Virus record (IMG/VR): IMGVR_UViG_3300037851_001249
Location: 1-24,969 of that record
Source: a virus
Taxonomy: Duplodnaviria > Caudoviricetes
Direction: 5' to 3' (one strand)
Length of the DNA stretch: 24,969 bases
Part shown: piece after piece, positions 9,384 to 17,892 of the stretch
Position numbering within the stretch: position 1 is the stretch's first letter
How the letters are laid out: each line of letters begins with the position of its first letter
Translations under genes and position numbers: made by a program
Notes under the pieces: generated by a model
Told to the model about the DNA's origin: nothing
Databases searched by the model: none
What the model saw: the letters and a program-made list of their open reading frames with translations, nothing else

Positions 9384-9905
9384 ATGTCCGACGTAGCATT
9401 GACCTATAGAAACGGCATCATCGACCTGGACTTCGGCGACGGCGGCACGGCCATCGACGACGGGTTGCGCACGGCGGTGATCGTCAGTCTGTTTTCGGAC
9501 CGGCGCGCCGAGGCCGACGACGAGCTGCCCGACGGCAGCGCTGACCGACGCGGCTGGTGGGGCGATATTCATCCGCAGGTGGAAGAGGACCTGATCGGCT
9601 CTCGGCTGTGGCTGCTCTCCCGGGAAAAGCAAATGCCCGCCGTGCTGCGCCGCGCCGAGACTTACGCCCGCGAGGCGTTGCGCTGGCTGCTCGATGACGG
9701 GGTGGCGACGCTGGTGGAGGTTGCCGCCAGCAATCCGCGCGACGGGTTGCTGGCGCTGTCGATCCGTATCCGGTCGGCGCCCGGCGCGGAGGTGGTCTAC
9801 CGGGCCGAGATAGGCGCCACCTGGCAACCCGGGAGCGATAGTATTCTGGATGAACTGAGCGATGCGATTTTTGACGAATCCGGCGTCGCGATCAGCGAGG
9901 AGTAG
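9384..9905 (+). CDS. Baseplate wedge protein (Mu gp46-like) with acidic C-terminal extension
   Basis: LRTAVIVSLFSDRRA...RRGWWGD...GSRLWLLSREK...YAREALRWLLDDG. Confidence 0.92.
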   Translation: MSDVALTYRNGIIDLDFGDGGTAIDDGLRTAVIVSLFSDRRAEADDELPDGSADRRGWWGDIHPQVEEDLIGSRLWLLSREKQMPAVLRRAETYAREALRWLLDDGVATLVEVAASNPRDGLLALSIRIRSAPGAEVVYRAEIGATWQPGSDSILDELSDAIFDESGVAISEE

Positions 9906-9907
9906 CG

Positions 9908-10993
9908 ATGGCGTTTGACAGACCCGAGCTTTCGACCCTGATCAGCCGCACAGTGACGGACGTTAACAGCCGTTTCGACGGCACTTTCAACGCTCTGCGG
10001 CGCAAGGCAACATCGGTGTTCGCCCGCGTGCTGGCAGGGCTGGCGCACGGGCTTTACGGCTACATCGACTGGGCCGGTCGGCAGATCCTGCCGGACACCC
10101 AGGATGACGAGCAGTTGCTGCGCTACGGGGCCATGCTGGGCGTGACGCGCAAGCCCGAGGGCACGGCGGCGGGCACTCTCACCGTCACCGGCGCGGATGA
10201 CGCGCTGATCGATGCGGGCACGCTATGGCAGCGAGCTGACGGGGTGGAATATGCCGCCACGGCCGGCGCGACCATTGCCGCCGGCAGCGCCACGGTGCCG
10301 GTGCGGGCGATGGTGCCGGGTACCGCCGGCAACGCGGAGGCAGCCACGGCGGTGGCGCTGGTGTCGCCCATCGCGGGGGTCAACGCATCGGCCGTGGTGG
10401 CCGCGGGCGGACTTGTCGGCGGGTTGGATATGGAGTCCATCGATCTTTACCGGCAAAGGGTGCTGGAGCGCACGGCCACTTATTACAGCGGCGCCAACGC
10501 GGCTGTGTATGTGAAGTGGGCCAAGGAGATCTCGGGCGTCACGCGCGCCTGGTGCTACGAGAACACGCCGGCGGCTGGATCGGTGACAGTGCTTTTCGTG
10601 TGCGACGACCAGGCGGGCGGCATCGTTCCGGACGCGGCCAAGATCGCCGATATGGAATCCTATTTGGAAGAACACACTGATCCGGTGACCGGGCAGCTCG
10701 TGGGCCGGGCGGTCAATGTGTCGCTGGTGGTGGATGCGCCGGCCACCCAGGCGGTCAACTTCACGATTTTGCCGAGCCCGAACACGACGGCCGTGCAGGC
10801 GGCCATCCAGGCCGAATTGACCGACATGCTCCGACGTGATTCGGCCCCTGGGGCGGATATACTGCTGTCGCATATTCGCGAGGCGATCAGCGTGGCGGTC
10901 GGCGAGACGGATTACGTGCTGACGGCGCCCGCGGCCAACGTATCCGTGCCCGACGGCACCATCGCCATTATGGGGACGATCACATGGGCCTGA
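9908..10993 (+). CDS. Baseplate J-like protein (Mu gp47)
   Basis: F-x-RP-x-L start, QILPDTQD, GGLDMESIDLYRQRVL, WAKEISGVTRAW, ISVAVGETDY. Confidence 0.93.
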   Translation: MAFDRPELSTLISRTVTDVNSRFDGTFNALRRKATSVFARVLAGLAHGLYGYIDWAGRQILPDTQDDEQLLRYGAMLGVTRKPEGTAAGTLTVTGADDALIDAGTLWQRADGVEYAATAGATIAAGSATVPVRAMVPGTAGNAEAATAVALVSPIAGVNASAVVAAGGLVGGLDMESIDLYRQRVLERTATYYSGANAAVYVKWAKEISGVTRAWCYENTPAAGSVTVLFVCDDQAGGIVPDAAKIADMESYLEEHTDPVTGQLVGRAVNVSLVVDAPATQAVNFTILPSPNTTAVQAAIQAELTDMLRRDSAPGADILLSHIREAISVAVGETDYVLTAPAANVSVPDGTIAIMGTITWA

Positions 10994-11526
10994 TCGATCA
11001 ATATATAAGCCAGTTAAAAGCGCTTTTACCGCCGGGCAGCGCCTGGACGCGCGATGCCGGATCGAACCTGCACAAGTTCCTGGAAGGCATGGCGGCCGAG
11101 GCCGCGCGCATCCACGACCGGGTAGAGGATCTGCTGGCCGAGATGGATCCGGGACGCACGGTGGAGCTGCTCACCCAGTGGGAAACGGTCTGGGGCCTGC
11201 CGGACCCGTGCACCGGCCAGCTCGCCACCCTGGCCGAGCGGCGCGCGGTGCTACTTGCCCGGGTGACCGGCATCGGCAACCAGACGCCGGGCTTTTTCAT
11301 CCGGTTGGCGGCCTCGCTGGGGTACACGGTGACGATCGACGAAAACGTGGGCGGAGACCCCACGGTGTGGCGGATCAATGCGCCAGAAGTGTCCGTGCGC
11401 TGGTTCCGCGCCGGGCAGAACCGGGCCGGCGATCGCATCCGCACCTGGGGCAATGAGCTTTTGGAGTGCGCCATTTTGGCGGCCAACCCGGCCCACTTAA
11501 CTGTTCTTTTCGGATATGGAGCTTAG
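10984..11526 (+). CDS. Baseplate protein (Mu gp48/YmfQ-like, DUF2313)
   Basis: QLKALLPPGSAW, ELLTQWETVWGLPD, LECAILAANPAHL. Confidence 0.9.
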   Translation: MGLIDQYISQLKALLPPGSAWTRDAGSNLHKFLEGMAAEAARIHDRVEDLLAEMDPGRTVELLTQWETVWGLPDPCTGQLATLAERRAVLLARVTGIGNQTPGFFIRLAASLGYTVTIDENVGGDPTVWRINAPEVSVRWFRAGQNRAGDRIRTWGNELLECAILAANPAHLTVLFGYGA

Positions 11527-11534
11527 GGAGAAAA

Positions 11535-12194
11535 ATGCACAAGATAGATTCACCCAACGCCACCGGCGCAAACGAATTCACCGACGGCGATCCGGCCCTG
11601 GGCGTACTTTCGACCGTGCTGTGGAGCAAGTGGCTCAACACCGTGCAGCGCGAGCTGATCGCCATTTTGACAGCGGCCGGCGTTACGCCCAGCGCCGCCA
11701 ACGACGCCCAGGTCGTGGATGCTATTGCTGTGCTGATCGGCTCGCACAGCGCCCAAACCGCCGTCCACGGTGCCACCAGCACGGCCACGGCATCACGCAT
11801 AATCTTGCGCGATGCCTTCGGCCGGACAAAGGTTGCCGAAGGGGTCTCCGGCGACGATGTGGTGGTTTTTAGTCAATTCGCCAATTCGAAACTGACCAAT
11901 GGGTATCAACGGCTGCCGGGCGGCATAATAGCGCAGTGGGGTTCGGCAGGCGTTCAAATGACATCGGTTAATTCAACAACATCTATTACCGTAACCTTCC
12001 CTTTAGCGTTTCCGTCAGGAAATGCGCCGTTCACAATGGTGGCAAATATCTGTAGTTCCCCTATAGGGGAAGAATCGTGGACTGTATCGGTCGATAAAAA
12101 CGGCGGCGCCACACAAGCAGTGATTTTATGCCGAAATTCTTTTGGGGCCGGTGCTGGACTTGCAACTGTTAATTGGTTTGCAATTGGACATTAG
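11535..12194 (+). CDS. Short tail fibre protein (Mu gp49/S-type N-terminus, gp53-like C-terminal domain)
   Basis: MHKIDSP...FTDGDP...WLNTVQRELIAIL N-terminal anchor; C-terminal NGYQRLPGGIIAQWG...VTFPLAFP...WFAIGH; 219 aa. Confidence 0.85.
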   Translation: MHKIDSPNATGANEFTDGDPALGVLSTVLWSKWLNTVQRELIAILTAAGVTPSAANDAQVVDAIAVLIGSHSAQTAVHGATSTATASRIILRDAFGRTKVAEGVSGDDVVVFSQFANSKLTNGYQRLPGGIIAQWGSAGVQMTSVNSTTSITVTFPLAFPSGNAPFTMVANICSSPIGEESWTVSVDKNGGATQAVILCRNSFGAGAGLATVNWFAIGH

Positions 12195-12207
12195 GAAGGG
12201 AGGGGTA

Positions 12208-13287
12208 ATGCGCCGCAAAATCGCCATAGCTCTGGTTCTGCTGGCCGCCATCGGGATGTTCGGGGGGCTGTCCATTGCAGCTAAAATCAGCGAATATTTA
12301 ACTGACGACGCCCCGGACGGCGCCGACTACCTGCTCGGGGTCGATACAGATGACACCACCCAGGGCGCGGCCGGCACCACGAAAAAATATGCCATGAGCA
12401 CTCTGCCGATCAGCGTCCCGGTACAGTCGGCCCTGGATGCCAAACAGAACGCCGACGGCGCCGTCGATCCGGACAATATATCCGGCGACGACACCGACGA
12501 TGATCAGCTCGATGGCGAGCAGGTATCTCCCGCGGCTTTGCAAAGCGTGACCGTGGCCGACTCCGGCGACGGCAATGCCGCGACCGGCACCGTCACGCCG
12601 ACGGTAAACATTGCGCTGCACCAGATCTCACTCACCTGCTCGGACGCCGACGGCTGCTCAATGACCATGAGCGAGACCGGAGCGATCGCAGGCGCGGTGG
12701 TAACGATTACCAACATCGGCGCCAATGCGGCCACGTTCGCCGATACGGGCGGCGTGCAGGAACTTGTCGCGGCGTGCACCCTGGCGCAGTATGAAACGCT
12801 TACCCTGCAATACAAAGCGGACCGGTGGGTGGAGGTGTCGCGCGCGACCAACACCATCCAGATCAGCGCCATCGAGACCGGGGTGAATGCTTCGGATGGC
12901 ACGTACAGCGGAACGTTTATTTCGCGTACGGTGGATTCCGGGGCCTCGGCATCCGCTTTCGGCCAGGCGTACCATATCGACACGGATGGCGAGTTGATCC
13001 CCGCCGATGCCGATGTGGCGGCCGCGGCAGCGATGCCGGTATTTTGCCTGGCCGTGGAATCGGGAACGGGAAGCAAACGCTGCCTGATCGAGGGGACCGT
13101 CACCGAGGCCGATTGGAACTGGACGGTTGGCGGCCTGATCTACGCAGGCGACGCCCCGGCGACCACTAGCGGGCTGACGCAGACTGCGCCGGCGACGACC
13201 GGAGATCAGGTGCAGGTCCTAGGTGTGGCACTTTCGGCGGATACGATCTTTTTTAAGCCCGCTCTGGTTTTGGTGGAGGTTCCATGA
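12208..13287 (+). CDS. Signal-peptide-bearing phage protein; KIS-type N-terminal motif, C-terminal cement/fibre-base-like domain
   Basis: RBS GGAGG; MRRKIAIALVLLAAIGMFGGLSIA|AKISEY; acidic, Thr/Ala/Gly-rich body; ends GDQVQVLGVALSADTIFFKP. Function is inferred. Confidence 0.7.
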   Translation: MRRKIAIALVLLAAIGMFGGLSIAAKISEYLTDDAPDGADYLLGVDTDDTTQGAAGTTKKYAMSTLPISVPVQSALDAKQNADGAVDPDNISGDDTDDDQLDGEQVSPAALQSVTVADSGDGNAATGTVTPTVNIALHQISLTCSDADGCSMTMSETGAIAGAVVTITNIGANAATFADTGGVQELVAACTLAQYETLTLQYKADRWVEVSRATNTIQISAIETGVNASDGTYSGTFISRTVDSGASASAFGQAYHIDTDGELIPADADVAAAAAMPVFCLAVESGTGSKRCLIEGTVTEADWNWTVGGLIYAGDAPATTSGLTQTAPATTGDQVQVLGVALSADTIFFKPALVLVEVP

Positions 13288-13997
13288 TGCTCCGATTACT
13301 GCTTGCGCTGCTTGTTCCGCTTTGCCTTGCCACATCGGCTATCGCCCTGGACGGCGTGGTGGGCGTCAACCACCCGGCCAAGGTCTCGGACGTGGCAACG
13401 CCGGATAAGGTCGCCGGGGTGACCGGGCTTGCAACGGGCGGCGCCTCTTTTTCGGCGGCCGATAATTTTGACCGCGCCGATTCGAATACCCTGGGGGCGC
13501 TTTCCGGTGGCACCTATACCTGGAGCGAGGGGTTCGGCGACCTGGATATCGAGACCAACAGGGCCGGTCTGGGTACGGCCGGCACCGCCGGCGCCGTGAT
13601 CGGGGCCAACCGGGCGACCGGCTATGTGCAATCGACCTGCAACGCGGAAGGGTCGGCCTCGTCGCAGCCGGGCGTGATCTTCTGGTATGTGGACAGCTCG
13701 AACTATTGGTATGCGTGCCTTGATCCGGATGACCCCGGCGGCAACGATATCGAGCTGCATCAGGTGTCTGGCGGGACGGACACCGAGATGGCCGATGCCG
13801 CGTTTACGGCGGTGGTGACCACCACCTATACGTTGCGCGTCACTTTCGGGGCGGCCTCGGTGGTGGTCAATGTGAATTCATCCAACTATATCACCCATAG
13901 CGGGTCGTTTGGTGCCAACAGCGGCGATGTGGGCATCATCCAGAACCGAGGCGGCGGAGCCACCGGCTGGAACGACGCTTTCGCGGCGGGAGAATAG
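13284..13997 (+). CDS. Signal-peptide-bearing protein with probable ConA/lectin-like beta-sandwich
   Basis: ATGA overlap and RBS GGAGG; MMLRLLLALLVPLCLATSAIA|LDG; DNFDRAD...W, FWYVDSSNYWY, YTLRVTF, terminal WNDAFAA pattern. Confidence 0.7.
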   Translation: MMLRLLLALLVPLCLATSAIALDGVVGVNHPAKVSDVATPDKVAGVTGLATGGASFSAADNFDRADSNTLGALSGGTYTWSEGFGDLDIETNRAGLGTAGTAGAVIGANRATGYVQSTCNAEGSASSQPGVIFWYVDSSNYWYACLDPDDPGGNDIELHQVSGGTDTEMADAAFTAVVTTTYTLRVTFGAASVVVNVNSSNYITHSGSFGANSGDVGIIQNRGGGATGWNDAFAAGE

Positions 13998-13998
13998 A

Positions 13999-15399
13999 AT
14001 GCTGATCAGGATGCTGGCTTATATCGTCTTCATTGTTTTGAGTGCCCAGCAGTGTTTCGCCGCGCCGGCAATTTCCGGCGTGGGAACGGTCACGCACGGG
14101 GCCTCCGTTACGATTGCCGGAGGGGGCTTCGGCGCGAATGCCGAGCCGGCCCCGGAGCTGTGGGACAACTTCGAGTTCGGCGGCAATGTCGGCCAATCGG
14201 TGGCTTTCTCCTCCGGTGGATGGGCCACGGACGGCACGGCCCCGGTGATCTCGACCACGAACAATCGCGGTGGTGCCAGTGTTCGCAACGCTATGGCCGT
14301 CGTCAGCGGGATCAACATCGACGGCAACTATCACGACATCATGTTCAAGGAAAACCTGGATCTGGCCGGCAAGGCCTACATCTCGTTCTGGGGGCGCTTC
14401 GCCTCGTATGCCCCCGGCGATCAGGTCAAATACTGGCGGCAGAGCGCCGGCGGGGCGACCGGGTATCCCACCTATTCGTACTTTCGCACTGATGGCTGGG
14501 CGCGCTATCAATACACCCGGCCTCCCGACAGTGGGTGCGAGCCTCCCGGTGTCGCTGAATTCTATGATACGGTGGAAAACACCAACCTGGGGCAATGGCA
14601 GTTCATCGAGATGGTGGCCGATTATGGGTCGGTCGGGGTGGCCAATGGGTCGATCCGCATTTACGCCAACGGCGTGGACCAGGGCGGCCGCAGCAATATT
14701 CAATTGCTGCATTATGCGGGCTGCCTGCCCGACGGCGCCCGGTTCGGCGAGTATATCCAGGACTCCAGCGGATCGGTAACAAATTACTTCGACGATATTT
14801 ATATCGATAACACCTGGGCGCGCGTCGTCATCGGCAACGCCTCCACCTATTCGGCTTCGACGCACCGGGAGATGCAGATCCCATCGGCCTGGAGCGATAC
14901 GTCGATCACGGTCACCGTGAATCGCGGCACGTTTGCCCCGGGCGGCACGGCCTACTTGTATGTCATCGACCCTGCCGGCGTGGTTTCGGCGGGCTATCCG
15001 ATCACCGTGAATGATCCCGGCGGAGACACGACGGCTCCCACCGTCACGATATCGACCGCCGATCCCCAGAATATCGCCGCCGACAGCCTGTCGGTGGCAT
15101 GGTCCGACTCCGATGCGGTAGGGGTCACCGCGCGCAAATGGCGCATCGGCGCGGCACCCAACGCCCTCGATGGCACGGCGGCCACCAGTCCGGCCACGGT
15201 GACCGGGTTCAACGAAGGGACCAACACGCTGTACGTGGGCGCGGGCGATGCGGCAGGCAACTGGGGATCGGACGCGATCACAGTCAACTACGCGCCGGAG
15301 TCGCCGACGCCGAACAACACCGTGCAGGATGTCCGTTACAATGCCGCCGGCAAAACCGGGCGCTACTCGAACGGCGGAATGGTGCTGACGCCGCCGTAA
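13999..15399 (+). CDS. Signal-peptide-bearing multidomain protein (Ig/IPT-like + LamG/lectin-like + Ig-like)
   Basis: MLIRMLAYIVFIVLSAQQCFA|APAISG; VTIAGGGFG, WDNFE, GQWQFIE, GSIRIYANG, YFDDIYID, WSDTSITV, DTTAPTVTI...DAAGN. Confidence 0.72.
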   Translation: MLIRMLAYIVFIVLSAQQCFAAPAISGVGTVTHGASVTIAGGGFGANAEPAPELWDNFEFGGNVGQSVAFSSGGWATDGTAPVISTTNNRGGASVRNAMAVVSGINIDGNYHDIMFKENLDLAGKAYISFWGRFASYAPGDQVKYWRQSAGGATGYPTYSYFRTDGWARYQYTRPPDSGCEPPGVAEFYDTVENTNLGQWQFIEMVADYGSVGVANGSIRIYANGVDQGGRSNIQLLHYAGCLPDGARFGEYIQDSSGSVTNYFDDIYIDNTWARVVIGNASTYSASTHREMQIPSAWSDTSITVTVNRGTFAPGGTAYLYVIDPAGVVSAGYPITVNDPGGDTTAPTVTISTADPQNIAADSLSVAWSDSDAVGVTARKWRIGAAPNALDGTAATSPATVTGFNEGTNTLYVGAGDAAGNWGSDAITVNYAPESPTPNNTVQDVRYNAAGKTGRYSNGGMVLTPP

Positions 15400-15460
15400 T
15401 GATTGGCCGCCTGTCTTCAGGCGGCGCCAGGCAAAAACACGTTTCAGGGGACTCGCCACT

Positions 15461-16267
15461 ATGGCCATCACGACAATTGACGGTATCATCGCCGGCATGC
15501 AGCCGCCGCAAGACTTCATAAAAACCTTCGTCACAATGGAGGCCGCAGGGCTTTTCCACTCTTCGTTTTATCTGGTCGGCCGACCCGGTGCAGCCGCTGT
15601 GCCTTCTCCGGGAATAGGCGGCGCTGCGCTGACATCGTATTCCGGCCAGATTCCATTTACCAACCCGGTGAGCGGCAACACCTATCTGGCACGCCTGCAG
15701 GCAGCGGCTGCCAACGGCGGGTGTTTGCTGCTGTGCGACCGGCTGTGGCATAATTCCGGCATCGCTATCACGACCACCACCGCCCAGACGGTCGATAGTG
15801 TGGCCTTTCCGCCGCGCGATCGCGATGGGACATCCAACGGTGAGAATGTGCTGGTGGCCTTAGAGGTCAGCACGGCCACCACCAACGCTTCGGCCGTCAC
15901 CAATACGACGATGAGTTATACCAACCAGTCCGGCACAGCCGGCCGGACAGCCACCATCCCATCGTTTCCGGCGACCTGCACCGTGGCGGGCTTTATCCCA
16001 TTTATGCTGCAAGCCGGGGATACCGGCGTGCGCTCCATCCAATCGATCACGCTGGGCACATCCTATGTGACCGGCGTCATCCATCTGGTGGCGTATCGGA
16101 TACTGGCCCGCCTGGAGCTTGCGGTGGCCAATACGGGCAATTCTATTGATGCCGTCACGGGCGGCTTTCCCAGGCTATACGACAACACGGTCCCGTGGCT
16201 GGTGTGGCTCACGAGCACAACCGCCGGCACGATGATCAGCGGCCAAATGATCGTCACGCAAGGATAA
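15461..16267 (+). CDS. Hypothetical phage (probable tail-associated) protein
   Basis: 268 aa, Thr/Ser/Gly-rich beta-type composition; LLLCDRLWHNSG, YTNQSGTAGRT, LQAGDTGVRSIQS; no signal peptide. Confidence 0.65.
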   Translation: MAITTIDGIIAGMQPPQDFIKTFVTMEAAGLFHSSFYLVGRPGAAAVPSPGIGGAALTSYSGQIPFTNPVSGNTYLARLQAAAANGGCLLLCDRLWHNSGIAITTTTAQTVDSVAFPPRDRDGTSNGENVLVALEVSTATTNASAVTNTTMSYTNQSGTAGRTATIPSFPATCTVAGFIPFMLQAGDTGVRSIQSITLGTSYVTGVIHLVAYRILARLELAVANTGNSIDAVTGGFPRLYDNTVPWLVWLTSTTAGTMISGQMIVTQG

Positions 16268-16270
16268 CCG

Positions 16271-17074
16271 ATGGCAGTCACCGGAAGGGCGATACATCCG
16301 TTCAAATCGAGCTGGCTGCGCTGGCCCGAAAGCCTGCGCCCATCCATCGCCTGGGCGGATGCGGATCTTGCCGAAGTGGCCATCTGGTCCGACTTTTTCT
16401 TCCCAAGCTTGGCGACACCCCATTTACTGGCGGCCACTATTGTGACCTTTGGCGCTACGCCGGATGCTGCCCTGACGGTCAGCCGCGCGCTGGCTGCTCA
16501 AGCCGCATCAGTGACTGCCACCACCGACATCATCCTTCAGATTGCACGCGCGCTGTCGGCCGCAATCGCGTCTGGCAGCGTAACGCCCGACTCGCACCTT
16601 ACGGTCAACCGCGCGCTGCAGGCCATAGCCATATCCGCGACGAATACGCCGGATGCCGATATCGAAACAGGCAAGGCTCTGGCGGCCATTATCGCGGCCG
16701 GCACGGTCACCGCCAATGCCAACCTCCAGGTGCCGTGCGCTCTGGTGGCCGCAATCGCGTCTGGCAGCGTAACGCCCGATCCGGCTTTAACGGTCAATCG
16801 GGCGCTGCAGGCCCAGATGCCCACGACATCTGCCACAGAGGATGCGGCAATGAACGTCTTGATCGCCGTGACAGTGGCGATTGCGCTGCAAAGCGTGACA
16901 CCCGATGCTGACCTTGCCGTGGCCGCGCTGGGTGATATTCAAGCGCCATCGGTGGTGGCTTTATCCATCAGGAGAGATGTCGCGAGTGTGACGGCCCAGC
17001 GCCACCTTATATATAAAACCGCCCGCCGCGAAATTTCATCGAAAACACCGCTGCGGACCATCGTGTCTATTTAA
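16271..17074 (+). CDS. Repeat-rich putative fibre/shaft protein
   Basis: RBS AAGGA; ~8 copies of a 21-aa unit (ALxAxxxxxxxTPDxxLxVxR) plus C-terminal 9-aa repeats. Confidence 0.7.
   Translation: MAVTGRAIHPFKSSWLRWPESLRPSIAWADADLAEVAIWSDFFFPSLATPHLLAATIVTFGATPDAALTVSRALAAQAASVTATTDIILQIARALSAAIASGSVTPDSHLTVNRALQAIAISATNTPDADIETGKALAAIIAAGTVTANANLQVPCALVAAIASGSVTPDPALTVNRALQAQMPTTSATEDAAMNVLIAVTVAIALQSVTPDADLAVAALGDIQAPSVVALSIRRDVASVTAQRHLIYKTARREISSKTPLRTIVSI
16558..16779 (+). repeat. 33-bp exact direct repeat inside the repeat protein gene
   Basis: GGCCGCAATCGCGTCTGGCAGCGTAACGCCCGA at 16558-16590 and 16747-16779, spacing 189 bp (3 x 21 codons). Confidence 0.9.
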
Positions 17075-17085
17075 AGGAGATTGGT

Positions 17086-17883
17086 ATGCCAGGATCTATT
17101 GCCGACTATCTTGAGTCCGCGCTATTGGGCCACCTGTTCAATGCGGCCTGGACGCCACCGGCGAGCGTGTACCTGGCGCTTGGTACCGGCGTAACGGATG
17201 CAGCCCTGACCGGCGAGCCTTCCGGCAATGGGTACAGCCGGCAAGCATTATCGTTCGCTGCGGCGGCCTCGCGCTCGGTGGTACAAAATGCGGATGTCGT
17301 CTTCGGGCCTGTCACGACCATAAGTTGGGGCACCATGACCCACTGGGCCATCTATGATGCCCCCAGCAGCGGCAATTGCCTGGCCACGGGCCAGTTCTCA
17401 AGCGGCAAGATATGTTCCGTAGGCCGCAGCCCGCGTGTCGCCAGCGGTCAAACACAGGTTCAATTCACCGCCGGCGTAATATCCACGCTTTGGGCCAACC
17501 GCTTATTGGATCGCGCTTTTCGCAACGTCACCAGCGGCACAGCCAAGCCCAACACCTACGTGGCGCTATGCACCTCGGCGCCGGTTGACGCGGACAGCGA
17601 CATCAGCGCCAAGGAGCCCTCCGGCAACTACGCGCGCGTGCAGGTCAACCCCAATGGAGGCTCCAGCCCGACATGGTCCGCCGTTTCCTCCGGTGCGCTC
17701 AGCAACGCCCACCAGGTTGATTTTCCGACGCCGAGCGCACCCTGGAGTCTCACCCATATGGCCGTCGTCAGTGCGGCAAGCGCCGGCGAATTGATCATGT
17801 ACGCGGACATCACGGATGAGGTCTGCGGCATCGGCGATCCTGTGTACATTCCGCCCGGCGACCTCGATCTATCTTTGACGTAG
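17086..17883 (+). CDS. Phage tail-fibre-associated protein with two tandem homologous domains
   Basis: RBS AAGGAG; YLALGT..EPSGNGYSRQ..F..WGTMTHWAIYDA..GN repeated as YVALCT..EPSGNYARV..FP..WSLTHMAVVSA..GE from ~17479. Confidence 0.75.
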   Translation: MPGSIADYLESALLGHLFNAAWTPPASVYLALGTGVTDAALTGEPSGNGYSRQALSFAAAASRSVVQNADVVFGPVTTISWGTMTHWAIYDAPSSGNCLATGQFSSGKICSVGRSPRVASGQTQVQFTAGVISTLWANRLLDRAFRNVTSGTAKPNTYVALCTSAPVDADSDISAKEPSGNYARVQVNPNGGSSPTWSAVSSGALSNAHQVDFPTPSAPWSLTHMAVVSAASAGELIMYADITDEVCGIGDPVYIPPGDLDLSLT

Positions 17884-17892
17884 GGGTGACAA

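Noticed and set aside
93-15534. Many long minus-strand ORFs (e.g. 93-1112, 2782-4320, 7732-8790, 13936-15534)
   Set aside because: Antisense shadows of GC-rich plus-strand genes; no recognisable motifs
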